From Candidatus Obscuribacteraceae bacterium (GTDB lineage Bacteria; Cyanobacteriota; Vampirovibrionia; Obscuribacterales; Obscuribacteraceae), in NCBI GenBank assembly GCA_044229845.1, contig JBGASG010000014.1, positions 9,047-73,046 of the forward strand: a stretch of 64,000 bases of DNA, in the 5' to 3' direction. The position numbers and the translations under genes are program-made. This document shows positions 38,470 through 48,124 of the stretch, piece by piece (the stretch's first letter is position 1; each line of letters starts with the position of its first letter). The notes under the pieces were generated by a model, which was given only the letters and a program-made list of their open reading frames with translations, searched no databases and was not told the origin of the DNA.

Positions 38470-39183
38470 ATGATACACAATAAGAAAATCCTGGCAGTGA
38501 TTCCAGCTCGAGGAGGATCGAAAGGGCTTCCGCGAAAAAACGTTCTGCCCCTGGCGGGCAAACCTTTGCTGGCATGGTCAATTGATGAGGCGAAGCAGTC
38601 GCAGTATATAGATACTCTTGTAGTATCTTCTGAGGATCCGGAAATTCTAGAGGTCGCGCGTGCCTGGGGAGCCGAGACACCCTTCGTCCGTCCTGCGGAG
38701 TTGTCCAGGGACGACACACCTGGCATCGATCCGGTGATGCATGCTGTAAGCATGTTACCGGATTTTGATTATGTGGTCCTCTTGCAGCCTACCTCACCGC
38801 TGCGAACGGCAAAAGATATCGATGCATGTATTGAGCTGTGCTGCTCGCATAATTCTTACTCGGCTGTGTCAGTGACACTGACCGAGAAAAGCGCGTACTG
38901 GGCTTGTACCATAAGCGACACGGGAAGCATGAAGCTTCTCTTCGACGAAAGCGCGACACGTCAACGCCGGCAAGAACTCCCGGCAACATATGTGATTAAT
39001 GGTGCAGTCTACGTTGCTGACTGCAGATGGATGAAGGAGTCCAAGAAGCTAATGGATTCTGGGACGTTGTGCTACGTGATGCCGCGTGAGCGCTCAATCG
39101 ATATCGATAGCCAAATCGATATGGTAATCTGCGAGGCTCTGGTTCGGCTTGAAAGCAAGTCGCCCGACAAACTAATTGTCTAG
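38470..39183 (+). CDS. neuA: Acylneuraminate cytidylyltransferase (LegF-like)
   Basis: IPARGGSKGLPRKN, GKPL, PFVRP, LLQPTSPLR, NGAVY, SIDIDS. Confidence 0.93.
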   Translation: MIHNKKILAVIPARGGSKGLPRKNVLPLAGKPLLAWSIDEAKQSQYIDTLVVSSEDPEILEVARAWGAETPFVRPAELSRDDTPGIDPVMHAVSMLPDFDYVVLLQPTSPLRTAKDIDACIELCCSHNSYSAVSVTLTEKSAYWACTISDTGSMKLLFDESATRQRRQELPATYVINGAVYVADCRWMKESKKLMDSGTLCYVMPRERSIDIDSQIDMVICEALVRLESKSPDKLIV

Positions 39184-40893
39184 GAGCTTGATCTAAAAGT
39201 CTGGTGAGGTCTAAAACTCGGACCCAATCGGGATTTGCGGGCTCTAGTAAGTGTTAAGTGCGGTGAATTTTGCAATCTGATATCGAATACGGTATCAATA
39301 GTTGAAAAACTCTTTTCCTTGAACGATCATTTGGTTGCGAAACAGAATGATCCGAGAGGAGAAGAGTTTTTCTGATGCAAAACAATATCAGATTTTTGGA
39401 GTGTCCGCAATCGGCTGGCGGTGCGTCATGAGTAGGATTTTGCCTGCCAATACCGGTCAGTTGTGCCTGGTTCCAAGTGACGCTGGATGTTGGTTGCCCG
39501 AAGCTCATCCAGTCCGAGTTTTCAATGACATGGTCGAAAGAGTTCTCGAACTCGCGAAGTTCATTGAGCATCCGCTCACTACAGAAAAGCATGGAAGGCC
39601 GGGTTACGATCCGGTCATGTTGCTTAAGCTGGTGCTTTATGGCTACATGGTTGGATTGCATTCAAGCCGCGAGATGGCGGCCGCTTGCGTGGAGCGAATC
39701 GACTTTCGATTTCTAACCGGAGGATTGACACCAAGCTTCAGTACGATAACCAAGTTTCGGGCAGATCGGGCGGAAGCTTTAGCTGGATTGTTTTCGCAGT
39801 CGATATCGATGGCTCTGAATGACGAACTAGTCGAGATGCGAGACGTCGCCTTCGACGGGACGAAGATTCTCGCAAACGCCTCCAAGCATAAAGCCATGAG
39901 CTATGAGCGTATGTGCGGAAATGCGAAGCGGTATCACGAAGAAATCGAAGCGCTAAAAAAGGAACGGCGAGCGGCTACAGTCCGACGCAAGAAGGAGATC
40001 GAAGTGGAGATTGCGTTCAAGCGCGAACGTTTGGCAAACGTTCAAGAGCAAAAATTTGCTCTCGAAGATCAGCATATGGCGCATAGCGGAGAGTTACCCC
40101 AGGCGAAAGACCAGCGAAACTTTACCGATCCCGAATCGAGAATAATGAAGAGGGGCACCGCATTTGAACAGTGCTACAACGCGCAAGCAGCAGTTGACAA
40201 AAGTAATCAGATTATCCTGGCGGCGTATGTGACGCAAGCTAGCAACGATAAACAGCAGCTGGAACCTTTGGTCGAATGTCAGACAGCACAGGTTGGCCTT
40301 TTGCCGGATCGTGGGCTGGCGGACGCAGGCTACTTCAGCGACATGGTCGCCGCATCGCTAAAGCAGCGGTATGGATCAACTCAATGGCTCATCTCCCCTG
40401 GACGCCTTGCACATGGCTCAAACTCTGGCGCCTCGCCACGAGGACGCATTCCGCGAGACATCTCGCTTGCGGATTTGATGCGAAGAAAACTAGCGACAAA
40501 AGCCGGCAAGGCGGCTTACGCCCAACGCAAAGCAATCGTCGAACCGGCATTCGGACAGATTAAAGAAGCGAGCCTGGAGTTCCGTCGATTCTCATTTCGT
40601 GGTCTGAAAAGAGTTCAAGATGAATGGCTCCTTGTCTGCGCTGCTCACAATCTATTGAAGGTGATCCGCCACCGCCAGCGCGTTTCCTCTTACGTCTTAG
40701 AAAGAACCGCAGCGTAAGAAAATCCTTCGACTCCCAGCAACAAGCTCTTTCAGGGCTGTCGTTCATGCTGCGCAGTTGGCGCCGAGCCAGCAAGATGAAC
40801 ACCACCACATCCATGCTGGACACCACCCCGCCGACACCGCGCTTCAGAGGACCTCATGAAAACACTGATGACCGAGGGTTTTGACTCAAGCTC
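39184..40893 (+). mobile_element. IS1182-family insertion sequence with CTAG target-site duplication
   Basis: Left end GAGCTTGATCTAAAA; right end reverse complement GAGCTTGAGTCAAAA (12/15 match); CTAG at 39180-39183 and 40894-40897. Confidence 0.9.
39428..40717 (+). CDS. IS1182-family DDE transposase
   Basis: GRPGYDPVMLLKLVLYGY...SSR, FDGTKILANASK, NFTDPESRIM, YNAQAAVD, ADAGY, RKAIVEPAFGQIK, HNL. Confidence 0.92.
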   Translation: MSRILPANTGQLCLVPSDAGCWLPEAHPVRVFNDMVERVLELAKFIEHPLTTEKHGRPGYDPVMLLKLVLYGYMVGLHSSREMAAACVERIDFRFLTGGLTPSFSTITKFRADRAEALAGLFSQSISMALNDELVEMRDVAFDGTKILANASKHKAMSYERMCGNAKRYHEEIEALKKERRAATVRRKKEIEVEIAFKRERLANVQEQKFALEDQHMAHSGELPQAKDQRNFTDPESRIMKRGTAFEQCYNAQAAVDKSNQIILAAYVTQASNDKQQLEPLVECQTAQVGLLPDRGLADAGYFSDMVAASLKQRYGSTQWLISPGRLAHGSNSGASPRGRIPRDISLADLMRRKLATKAGKAAYAQRKAIVEPAFGQIKEASLEFRRFSFRGLKRVQDEWLLVCAAHNLLKVIRHRQRVSSYVLERTAA

Positions 40894-40898
40894 CTAGG

Positions 40899-42791
40899 CT
40901 ATGAACTGGAGATCGTTAGGACCGATTCGGGTGGAGCGCAAAATTGTGTTGGAACGAGTCTCTCTGCCGGATAAATGAACTCACTTCGATGCAAGATGCC
41001 GTTGCAGATTGTGTCCAACGCAGGACACTTGTCTCCCACTAGGTCTTCCAGAGCGTCTACGCTTACGCCCATGAACGGCCAGCCTTCGCGCGCGAAACTG
41101 TGCTCGATAGGAATACAGCGGCGCATATTGTAATGGTACGCATACATGAGGGCTCGCCTGGTCAACTCCCGGTTCATGCGAAACTCGGGGAAAGGTAACT
41201 TATCCAGAATGACGCGATATTCAGCCTCCGAATTTGCTTCGTAAGCAAATCCCTTGTTCCGTATCCAGGCTTGTCCAGTAACAATAATCGGAATTCCGCG
41301 AGCTGCCAGTTCCATTGCCATTGTGCTTCCATACACAATCACTGCCTGACACTGCTCCATGACGATGTAAGTATTAGCATTGCTTTCCGGAGGGATTACG
41401 AACACGTTCGGCGGCAAGACAGGGAAGGCGGCACTAATTACGTCCAGAGCGCGTTCCCTCGATTTGTTGGTGAACTTAACCTCCGCCGGATGTACGCGGA
41501 CAACCAGCTGCAGATCAGGTCTCGTGCCAAAGTAAGTGATCGTATTCAACAACCAGTCGACCATACTGCAGAAAGAATTTGCTGCATAACACACCGCACC
41601 ATCCCAGATGACATTGGTGCAAAGTCCTACTGTCGGCTTGCTGAAATCAATCTGTAATGTCTGCGAGAGGACGCTTAAGTCGCGTTGAGAGTCTCTCTGA
41701 AAAGGCATAATCCAGTCTTTGCTTCCGCTACCGGCCCTACTTTCCAAATAGTCGACTATTTCCCGTTCCATCCAATCGTGCCACTCCATGTTTTCCCACA
41801 AGGAGTTCGGCTCATCGATTCCGGTGAACACTTCTGATTTATCGTGGCTAAATACCGCGCACTGAGTGCGGTAGCTGAACGACCACGACACCAACCGCCT
41901 GTTCTGCTTGCTAGCGGCATCCGCCAATGTTCCATGTGGTACGTAAATTCCGTGATTGATCACAAGGCATTCGACTTCTATCGCGGAATATAACCTTTGC
42001 GCCACCATCACCGACAGAATGGCTGCTTCCAGATACCGCCTGACAACCGCCTCGGCGGCTGGCTCGCCATCGAAGCTACCGCGCACGAGAAAACGCAAAC
42101 ACGCAGCTTTTACCTGCACACCTACTTCGATTCCCTCGTAAACATAGGAAGTCAATTCGTCCGCAGGAATCGACCCCGCAAGCGTTGAGGCGACGGTTTT
42201 GTCTTCTACTGTCAGGTAGTCCGAGAATTTATGCAGTGTTACGCCTGGAATATCAAAGGCGAGCGTACCACTCTGAACGCAGCCTTCACAGAATTTGCGC
42301 TGCAGAGCACCGTCCAAGAACTCTTCGATGCTCGCAAACTCATCCCGAGTAATTTGCAGGCAAGCTGGCAAAACTCCATCGCAGAGCAGTACATGCACTT
42401 CCGCGCCTCGCATCTTTAAAGCTGCCGCCAACAGGCTCTCAATCGGCGTACATGCATCGTGGCCACCAGCTACGGTGGCAACTAGAATCTTTTTTCCCTT
42501 CGCAGGGCCCTCTCGGTGCTCCCATCTGTCTCCGTATTCTTCGACGAGCTTTCGCCAGTTCGGCAACCAATTCGGATGCGTACTAACTGGTGGCGGGCTC
42601 ACAGAGGTCTCGTCAGAAGGTGAAGCTGTTTGTGGTTCAGTTACGGTCACGAAGCGGTGCGACTCAGGCGTCGAGTCTGCCTGATAGCTTACCGTGTTCA
42701 CGTGCGAGTCTGCGGGCTGCCGAGACAGTCCGACTGATCGCAGTAGACGTTTGACGATTGCACGCAAATGCATGGTGCCGATTATCGCCAA
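40899..42791 (-). CDS. Capsule-biosynthesis (KpsS/LipB-like) protein, putative glycosyltransferase
   Basis: NHGIYVPHG, TNVIWD, LVVRVHPAE, NTY, YGSTMAMELA, C-terminal GT-B-like half. Confidence 0.7.
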   Translation of the reverse strand: MAIIGTMHLRAIVKRLLRSVGLSRQPADSHVNTVSYQADSTPESHRFVTVTEPQTASPSDETSVSPPPVSTHPNWLPNWRKLVEEYGDRWEHREGPAKGKKILVATVAGGHDACTPIESLLAAALKMRGAEVHVLLCDGVLPACLQITRDEFASIEEFLDGALQRKFCEGCVQSGTLAFDIPGVTLHKFSDYLTVEDKTVASTLAGSIPADELTSYVYEGIEVGVQVKAACLRFLVRGSFDGEPAAEAVVRRYLEAAILSVMVAQRLYSAIEVECLVINHGIYVPHGTLADAASKQNRRLVSWSFSYRTQCAVFSHDKSEVFTGIDEPNSLWENMEWHDWMEREIVDYLESRAGSGSKDWIMPFQRDSQRDLSVLSQTLQIDFSKPTVGLCTNVIWDGAVCYAANSFCSMVDWLLNTITYFGTRPDLQLVVRVHPAEVKFTNKSRERALDVISAAFPVLPPNVFVIPPESNANTYIVMEQCQAVIVYGSTMAMELAARGIPIIVTGQAWIRNKGFAYEANSEAEYRVILDKLPFPEFRMNRELTRRALMYAYHYNMRRCIPIEHSFAREGWPFMGVSVDALEDLVGDKCPALDTICNGILHRSEFIYPAERLVPTQFCAPPESVLTISSS

Positions 42792-42942
42792 CTTTGCAAC
42801 TCCTCAGGTGAACCAGGTTTAAGAGATGTCACGCAGCGTCTGGCAATGAGTACGATCAAATTAAAAGACCCTACCCGACGGGGTAACATAGGAGTTTAGG
42901 ACATTTTTTGATGATACCAGACTACCGAATGGCACGCTAACA

Positions 42943-44511
42943 ATGGACAGCAGCAAGCAGCAAAACACTATAGAGGGCTTCTACAAGCACCGGGAAGCGG
43001 AGGCGGATCCACGCGCAGTTCTTAGATCCTCAGCCCTATTCTACGTCGTTCAATCTGCAGAAGTACAAACGGACATTCTCTTGTTCAATTATTGGCTGCA
43101 CAAGAGGGGTTTAAGCGGATTAGATTTGCTGGTTACTCTAAGAGACGCAAGTGGAAACACCGTGTGTACTGAAGCAAGCGTTATCGATTTCCGGGGGGCT
43201 AAAACGCTACGAATTGAGCAACTCTTGCACAAGGCGAGCCTTCCTCCGCCCTTCGAGGGGTCTATTGAGATTGAGATTCTAAGTCGGGAAGATTTGACCA
43301 TTCCCTATCCGGCGGTTGTTATTCGTTATTACGGCCCAAATTGGCATAGCACCACCCATTCATACAGTCGGGTCTTGTCCGAATTGTCCGGAGATCGTCC
43401 GGATCGAATGGCAGCCTTCCAGAAAACCAGCGAAGGAAATTGGACGATTCATGAAGATCCCGGACTGGAGAGCTTTTTTGTTATCCACAACGGGCCTACG
43501 GCGGTACCAGCCCACTCCCTATCGATGACTCTAACCAATGCTCATGGCGAGTTGCTCAAAGCGGAAGTAGCGGACGTGTCCTTGATGCCCTACGAGACCC
43601 GTGTCTTCTATCCTCACCGCCTCATGGATGTTGGAGGACATCTTGGTGGTTCGCCGGGGTGCCTGGAGGTACAGGCGGTAGTCTGTGGAGTATTCCCGCG
43701 CATGCTGAGTGGCTCGCGACGTCTCAGCGATGGTGCGCTGGTTATTGATCACTCTAACTTCAATTACACCGGTGAAGCTGGCGGATTGGACACACTCTCC
43801 ACGGCCGACTCCGGGACAAAAAAACCACTGGGTTTCATCGTGCCTACAATTGCCGATCCGAATTGGCAATGCTTTACGGATTTTTATCCCACTTATCCAG
43901 ATCGTGACTACCAGGCCACTCTCAGAATTCGCACAGCCGATGGAGAACAATCAGATAAAGCTGAGATATCAATTGGGTCCCAGAAAGCCTCCGGGGTTAT
44001 CAGGGTACCCGTATCGGATATGGTGGGCAAACATGGCAGCGTCGGCGCTGTTGATTTTACTATTACTCATCAAACACGCGTTCCTACGCGCTTTCACATG
44101 GGTATCCACTATGCTCGCAAGGGCGGTTTGCCCGCTCATCTGATTGACGGACCAATGCCTTACGTGGCTAAGGGCATCAGAAGCCGCTGGTTCCCGGTCC
44201 TTTTGGATTCGGAAACAACCACTTACCTTTTTATTTCAAATCAGATTTTTGACACGGCCGCACCCGAAAACGTAATGTACAACGTTTGGGCTCATAACGC
44301 CCATGGCGATGCTCCGTTGACTACCGAATTTCAGCTGTTGGCTGGGGCTACCATGGCGTGTCCAGTGGAAGATATTGTCGCAGGACTTCGCGGCTTTATG
44401 GGAGAGGAACCTGGCTGGATATTTCTTCAAGCAGACAGGCCGACACTCAGTGTAGTTCACTATATTCTTCAAAAAGGGGAGGATTCTCTTGCCGTCGACC
44501 ACGCCTTCTAA
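42943..44511 (+). CDS. Hypothetical protein with repeated beta-rich domains
   Basis: 522-aa ORF at head of an operon; internal repeats visible (see findings). Confidence 0.75.
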   Translation: MDSSKQQNTIEGFYKHREAEADPRAVLRSSALFYVVQSAEVQTDILLFNYWLHKRGLSGLDLLVTLRDASGNTVCTEASVIDFRGAKTLRIEQLLHKASLPPPFEGSIEIEILSREDLTIPYPAVVIRYYGPNWHSTTHSYSRVLSELSGDRPDRMAAFQKTSEGNWTIHEDPGLESFFVIHNGPTAVPAHSLSMTLTNAHGELLKAEVADVSLMPYETRVFYPHRLMDVGGHLGGSPGCLEVQAVVCGVFPRMLSGSRRLSDGALVIDHSNFNYTGEAGGLDTLSTADSGTKKPLGFIVPTIADPNWQCFTDFYPTYPDRDYQATLRIRTADGEQSDKAEISIGSQKASGVIRVPVSDMVGKHGSVGAVDFTITHQTRVPTRFHMGIHYARKGGLPAHLIDGPMPYVAKGIRSRWFPVLLDSETTTYLFISNQIFDTAAPENVMYNVWAHNAHGDAPLTTEFQLLAGATMACPVEDIVAGLRGFMGEEPGWIFLQADRPTLSVVHYILQKGEDSLAVDHAF

Positions 44512-45178
44512 ACACGCGCGAGCTCCGGTTCCTGACGTGTTCCAGGAAGAAAACCGTTTTTATCATCACTGCGACCCAACTCGCATCGCAAAGTTTTTGG
44601 CACATGCCAAACTGTATGAAATGAGCCTGGGACTGCCGGGTCATTTCGCTGAAGCCGGCGTGTTCAAGGGCGCTTCATTCTGCCGTTTTCGTAAGCTTGG
44701 CAAACTGTTTCACCCGGATCACACACGCCGATTCGTAGGCTTTGATGTATTCGGAAAATTCCCGGATGCCGAGTATGGTCCAGATAAGTCCGTGCTCGCA
44801 ACCCAATGGGCATCAGACGGTGACACAGGTATTGGGCGGGACGCATTGTTAGAAATCCTCCAGTCTCAAGATCTAGCCGGCAACGTCGATCTGATCGAAG
44901 GAGATATACGCAAAACTCTACCCCAATTCATTCAAGATCACGCAGAAATGAGCTTCGCCATCGTCAACATTGACCTTGATCTGTACGAGCCTACATTGGC
45001 TGCCCTGGATCATCTATTCCCGCTCGTTGTACGCGGCGGTATCGTCATTCTGGACGACTATGAGGGATTTCCCGGCGCCAAAAAAGCAACGGAAGAGTAT
45101 TTGGCGGCCCATCGGAGGCCAGAGCATATTCACAAGTTTTCCTTTGCTCATTCGCCCTGCTATTTGGTCAAGCAATAA
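44489..45178 (+). CDS. TylF/MycF/NovP-like O-methyltransferase
   Basis: PGHFAEAGVFKG, GFDVFG, LIEGDI, NIDLDLYEPT, GGIVILDDY, FPGA. Confidence 0.85.
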   Translation: MPSTTPSKHARAPVPDVFQEENRFYHHCDPTRIAKFLAHAKLYEMSLGLPGHFAEAGVFKGASFCRFRKLGKLFHPDHTRRFVGFDVFGKFPDAEYGPDKSVLATQWASDGDTGIGRDALLEILQSQDLAGNVDLIEGDIRKTLPQFIQDHAEMSFAIVNIDLDLYEPTLAALDHLFPLVVRGGIVILDDYEGFPGAKKATEEYLAAHRRPEHIHKFSFAHSPCYLVKQ

Positions 45179-45264
45179 AAATGCGCACTGTGCAGCTTTG
45201 GCCTGAAGAATAATGTCGGAGATCTCGAAGCCTCGTTCCACAGACCCAACAATCACCTGCCCGG

Positions 45265-46260
45265 ATGCTCTTTTTCGAGGACTCAAACGTGCTTTCCCAA
45301 ATTCTGAAAGAACACCTTCCCATCGATGTCGCGAAAATGCGCAGTGCGGAGTTTACTAAATCGCAGCTGGCAATCGAGAACGCAAAACTTGAGAGAGTCG
45401 AGAAGGGGAGCGGTTGGAAGCAGATAAGCAATTGTCCTGTTTGCGAATCTTCTGATCACAAAGAAATCCTCGTCAAGTACGGAAGCCCTCTGGTGCAGTG
45501 CAATCGTTGTGAGCTCTGGTATCACTTGCGCGTGGCAGCAAATCCGGATGATGTCTACAAGGACGAAGCGTACGAGATATTCTCCACGGAAGAGACTTCT
45601 GAATTGTTTGAATACAAGAAGAACAGGTTCGGGCGTGAGCGGGTGTCACTTCTCGAAGAAATCTGTGGCCCGTTGCAAGACAAGAAGATTTTAGAAATCG
45701 GATGTGGCAATGGATATTTTCTGGCGGCGGCAAAGGAAGTCTGCGCGAATTGCTTTGGATCGGAATATTCGGTCAAGAACCAGCAAAAAGCGCGTCAGAA
45801 CACCGGCTTGCCGATTTATACAACCCCCCTGGAAGAATTTCCGGAGCGCGATTTTGATGTTGTTGTGGCGTTTGATGTGATTGAGCATGTGCACAAGCCC
45901 CTGTCCTTCATGGAAAACATCGGGCGTCTCATGCGACCCGGTGGACACCTTCTGTTCTACACTCCTAATTACGACAGCTTCAGTATTCGTCTACTTAGAG
46001 ATTTCTCTTCCTGTATCGACGTCACGGAGCACATCATCCTGTTCAATGCCGCGTCTTTAGAGTACCTTGGAAAAGTGACTGGGTTCACAACCGTCTACAG
46101 GGTAACGCGTGGACTGGACGTCAGCAATGTGAGCGCTTACCTGCAATATCAAGGACAGCCGGCGAACCCGTTTCTTATCGATCACGGAAATGAGCTGCAG
46201 GCAATGATTGATCACGCCGGCTGTGCGGACTCCATGAGAATAATCTTTCAGAAGAATTAG
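45265..46260 (+). CDS. Class I SAM methyltransferase with N-terminal Zn ribbon
   Basis: CPVC...CNRC, LEIGCGNG, FDVIEHV, PGG, TPN. Confidence 0.88.
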   Translation: MLFFEDSNVLSQILKEHLPIDVAKMRSAEFTKSQLAIENAKLERVEKGSGWKQISNCPVCESSDHKEILVKYGSPLVQCNRCELWYHLRVAANPDDVYKDEAYEIFSTEETSELFEYKKNRFGRERVSLLEEICGPLQDKKILEIGCGNGYFLAAAKEVCANCFGSEYSVKNQQKARQNTGLPIYTTPLEEFPERDFDVVVAFDVIEHVHKPLSFMENIGRLMRPGGHLLFYTPNYDSFSIRLLRDFSSCIDVTEHIILFNAASLEYLGKVTGFTTVYRVTRGLDVSNVSAYLQYQGQPANPFLIDHGNELQAMIDHAGCADSMRIIFQKN

Positions 46261-46356
46261 ACACAGCCCTGATGAACACTCGCTAATGTAGCGAGGGCAT
46301 TGGCATCGGTGCAGATGGCACATGTCCAGCCTCTCATGAGATCAGAAAAACTCTCG

Positions 46357-46365
46357 TGATATCAT
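46357..46365 (+). promoter_or_regulatory. Putative extended -10 element (TGATATCAT)
   Basis: About 45 nt upstream of the wzm-like ATG. Confidence 0.35.
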
Positions 46366-46407
46366 CTTGTAATCTGGAAATGCGCCCTACGGCTGTTTGG
46401 GGACCTA

Positions 46408-47283
46408 ATGACAGTACATCTCGAGTCTCGTCCGAGCAAAGTTGCGGACAAACAAAAAGACAACGAAACTGCATACGAGCATCACTATTTGAAGCCGGGG
46501 ATGTTTGGGCTCTGGTCGATGCGGCACCTGATCGCTGTCATGGTCAAGCGCGACATGCTTGGACGGTACAAGGGCTCCGTAGTTGGATTCTTCTGGACCA
46601 TCATCAATCCTGTGGGACACTTATTGCTCTACACCTTTTTGTTTTCGATTGTTCTCAAAGTTTCGTTCAACGGCAATGCCAGCACTGGCAATTTCGCCGC
46701 TAACTTGATGACCGGGATTCTGCCCTGGACATTCCTTTCTGATTCAATAACCAGATCTGTTACCTGTATTACAGAGCAACCAAATCTAGTCAAACGTGTT
46801 GTATTTCCCCTGGAGGTGCTGCCGCTTGCTGTGTCGATTTCGTCGCTTGTTAGTTTGGTGCTCGGGCTCTCGATTTTAGTGATCATTTTTACTGCCACCA
46901 GCCACTCACTACACTGGACCGTCTGTTTTATTCCAGTCCTTCTGGCGTCGCAATTCTTGCTGGTCACAGGACTGGGCTGGCTGCTGTCCAGCTTGGGAGT
47001 GTACATACAGGACTTGCGCCACATGCTGACTCTTGGGTTATCTATCTGGATGTACCTGACCCCGATTGTTTACCCGGCTGCTGCGTTGCCGAAAGAGCTA
47101 CAGTTCCTCAACTGGGTTAATCCCTGTTCGGGAGTGGTGGAAGATTACCGCCGGGTGATTCTCCAGGGCGTGATGCCTGATTGGCATATGTTTGCGACCT
47201 ACACCACCATTGGTGCTCTGTCCTGGTGCCTGGGCTATTACTTCTTCAACAAAACGAAGCGCTCCTTCGCGGATGTGGTGTGA
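46408..47283 (+). CDS. wzm: ABC-2 polysaccharide exporter permease
   Basis: RYKGSVVGFFW, LVKRVVFPLE, YLTPIVYP, NP, FADVV. Confidence 0.92.
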   Translation: MTVHLESRPSKVADKQKDNETAYEHHYLKPGMFGLWSMRHLIAVMVKRDMLGRYKGSVVGFFWTIINPVGHLLLYTFLFSIVLKVSFNGNASTGNFAANLMTGILPWTFLSDSITRSVTCITEQPNLVKRVVFPLEVLPLAVSISSLVSLVLGLSILVIIFTATSHSLHWTVCFIPVLLASQFLLVTGLGWLLSSLGVYIQDLRHMLTLGLSIWMYLTPIVYPAAALPKELQFLNWVNPCSGVVEDYRRVILQGVMPDWHMFATYTTIGALSWCLGYYFFNKTKRSFADVV

Positions 47284-47284
47284 G

Positions 47285-48061
47285 ATGGCACTGGTAGAAC
47301 TCAAAGACGTTTCGAAACGGTACAACATCTACAACCGACCTATCGATCGGTTGAAGGAAATGGCCTGGCGTAATCGCCGCTGTTTTCACCGCGAGTACTG
47401 GGCGATTCGCGACGTAAACCTGATCGTAGAACCGGGTTGCACCACAGCCCTAATGGGACCCAATGGAGCCGGCAAGTCGACAATTCTGCAGATAATTGCC
47501 GGCGTTGTGCAGCCCACAACCGGCACCGTCACGGTAAATGGTCGTCTGACTGCCATTCTGGAATTGGGAGCGGGTTTTCAAATGGATTATACAGGACGTG
47601 AAAACGTCCTTGTATATGGCATGATTCTCGGCATCAGCCGGGAAGAGATGTTAGACCGAATGGATGAGATTGCTGCGTTTGCAGAAATCGGCGATTTTTT
47701 CGATCAGCCGGTGAAGACATATTCCAGCGGCATGATTGTGAGGTTGGCTTTCGCTGCCTGTATCAATGTCGACCCTGAGATTTTGATTGTCGACGAAGCA
47801 TTAGCAGTGGGCGACATGCGCTTTCAAGATAAGTGCATCAGAAAAATTCTCGCGATGCAAGAAAGCGGTAAGACGATCATCTTCGTGCATCATAGCCCTG
47901 GCATCATCGAACAATTCTGCACGCGTGCAGTACTGATCAATGACGGGCGCATTGTGCAGCAAGGATTGGTAAAAGACATCATTCCGCTTTATGAGGAAAT
48001 GATGGAAGTTGGGGAGTTGACCCCCAAGCGTTTCACGGCACCTGGGGCAGTCCTAGGCTAG
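47285..48061 (+). CDS. wzt: ABC polysaccharide exporter ATPase
   Basis: GPNGAGKST, LELGAGF, TGREN, PVKTYSSGM, ILIVDEALAVGD, FVHH. Confidence 0.93.
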   Translation: MALVELKDVSKRYNIYNRPIDRLKEMAWRNRRCFHREYWAIRDVNLIVEPGCTTALMGPNGAGKSTILQIIAGVVQPTTGTVTVNGRLTAILELGAGFQMDYTGRENVLVYGMILGISREEMLDRMDEIAAFAEIGDFFDQPVKTYSSGMIVRLAFAACINVDPEILIVDEALAVGDMRFQDKCIRKILAMQESGKTIIFVHHSPGIIEQFCTRAVLINDGRIVQQGLVKDIIPLYEEMMEVGELTPKRFTAPGAVLG

Positions 48062-48124
48062 TCAGAGCAATACTCGATGCTCGTGAGCTGAACTGGATCG
48101 ATGTTAGTCGGCCGGTTTGCCTTA

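Noticed and set aside
40560..40884. Passenger ORFs at the right end of the IS
   Set aside because: They overlap the transposase 3' end and have no recognisable features
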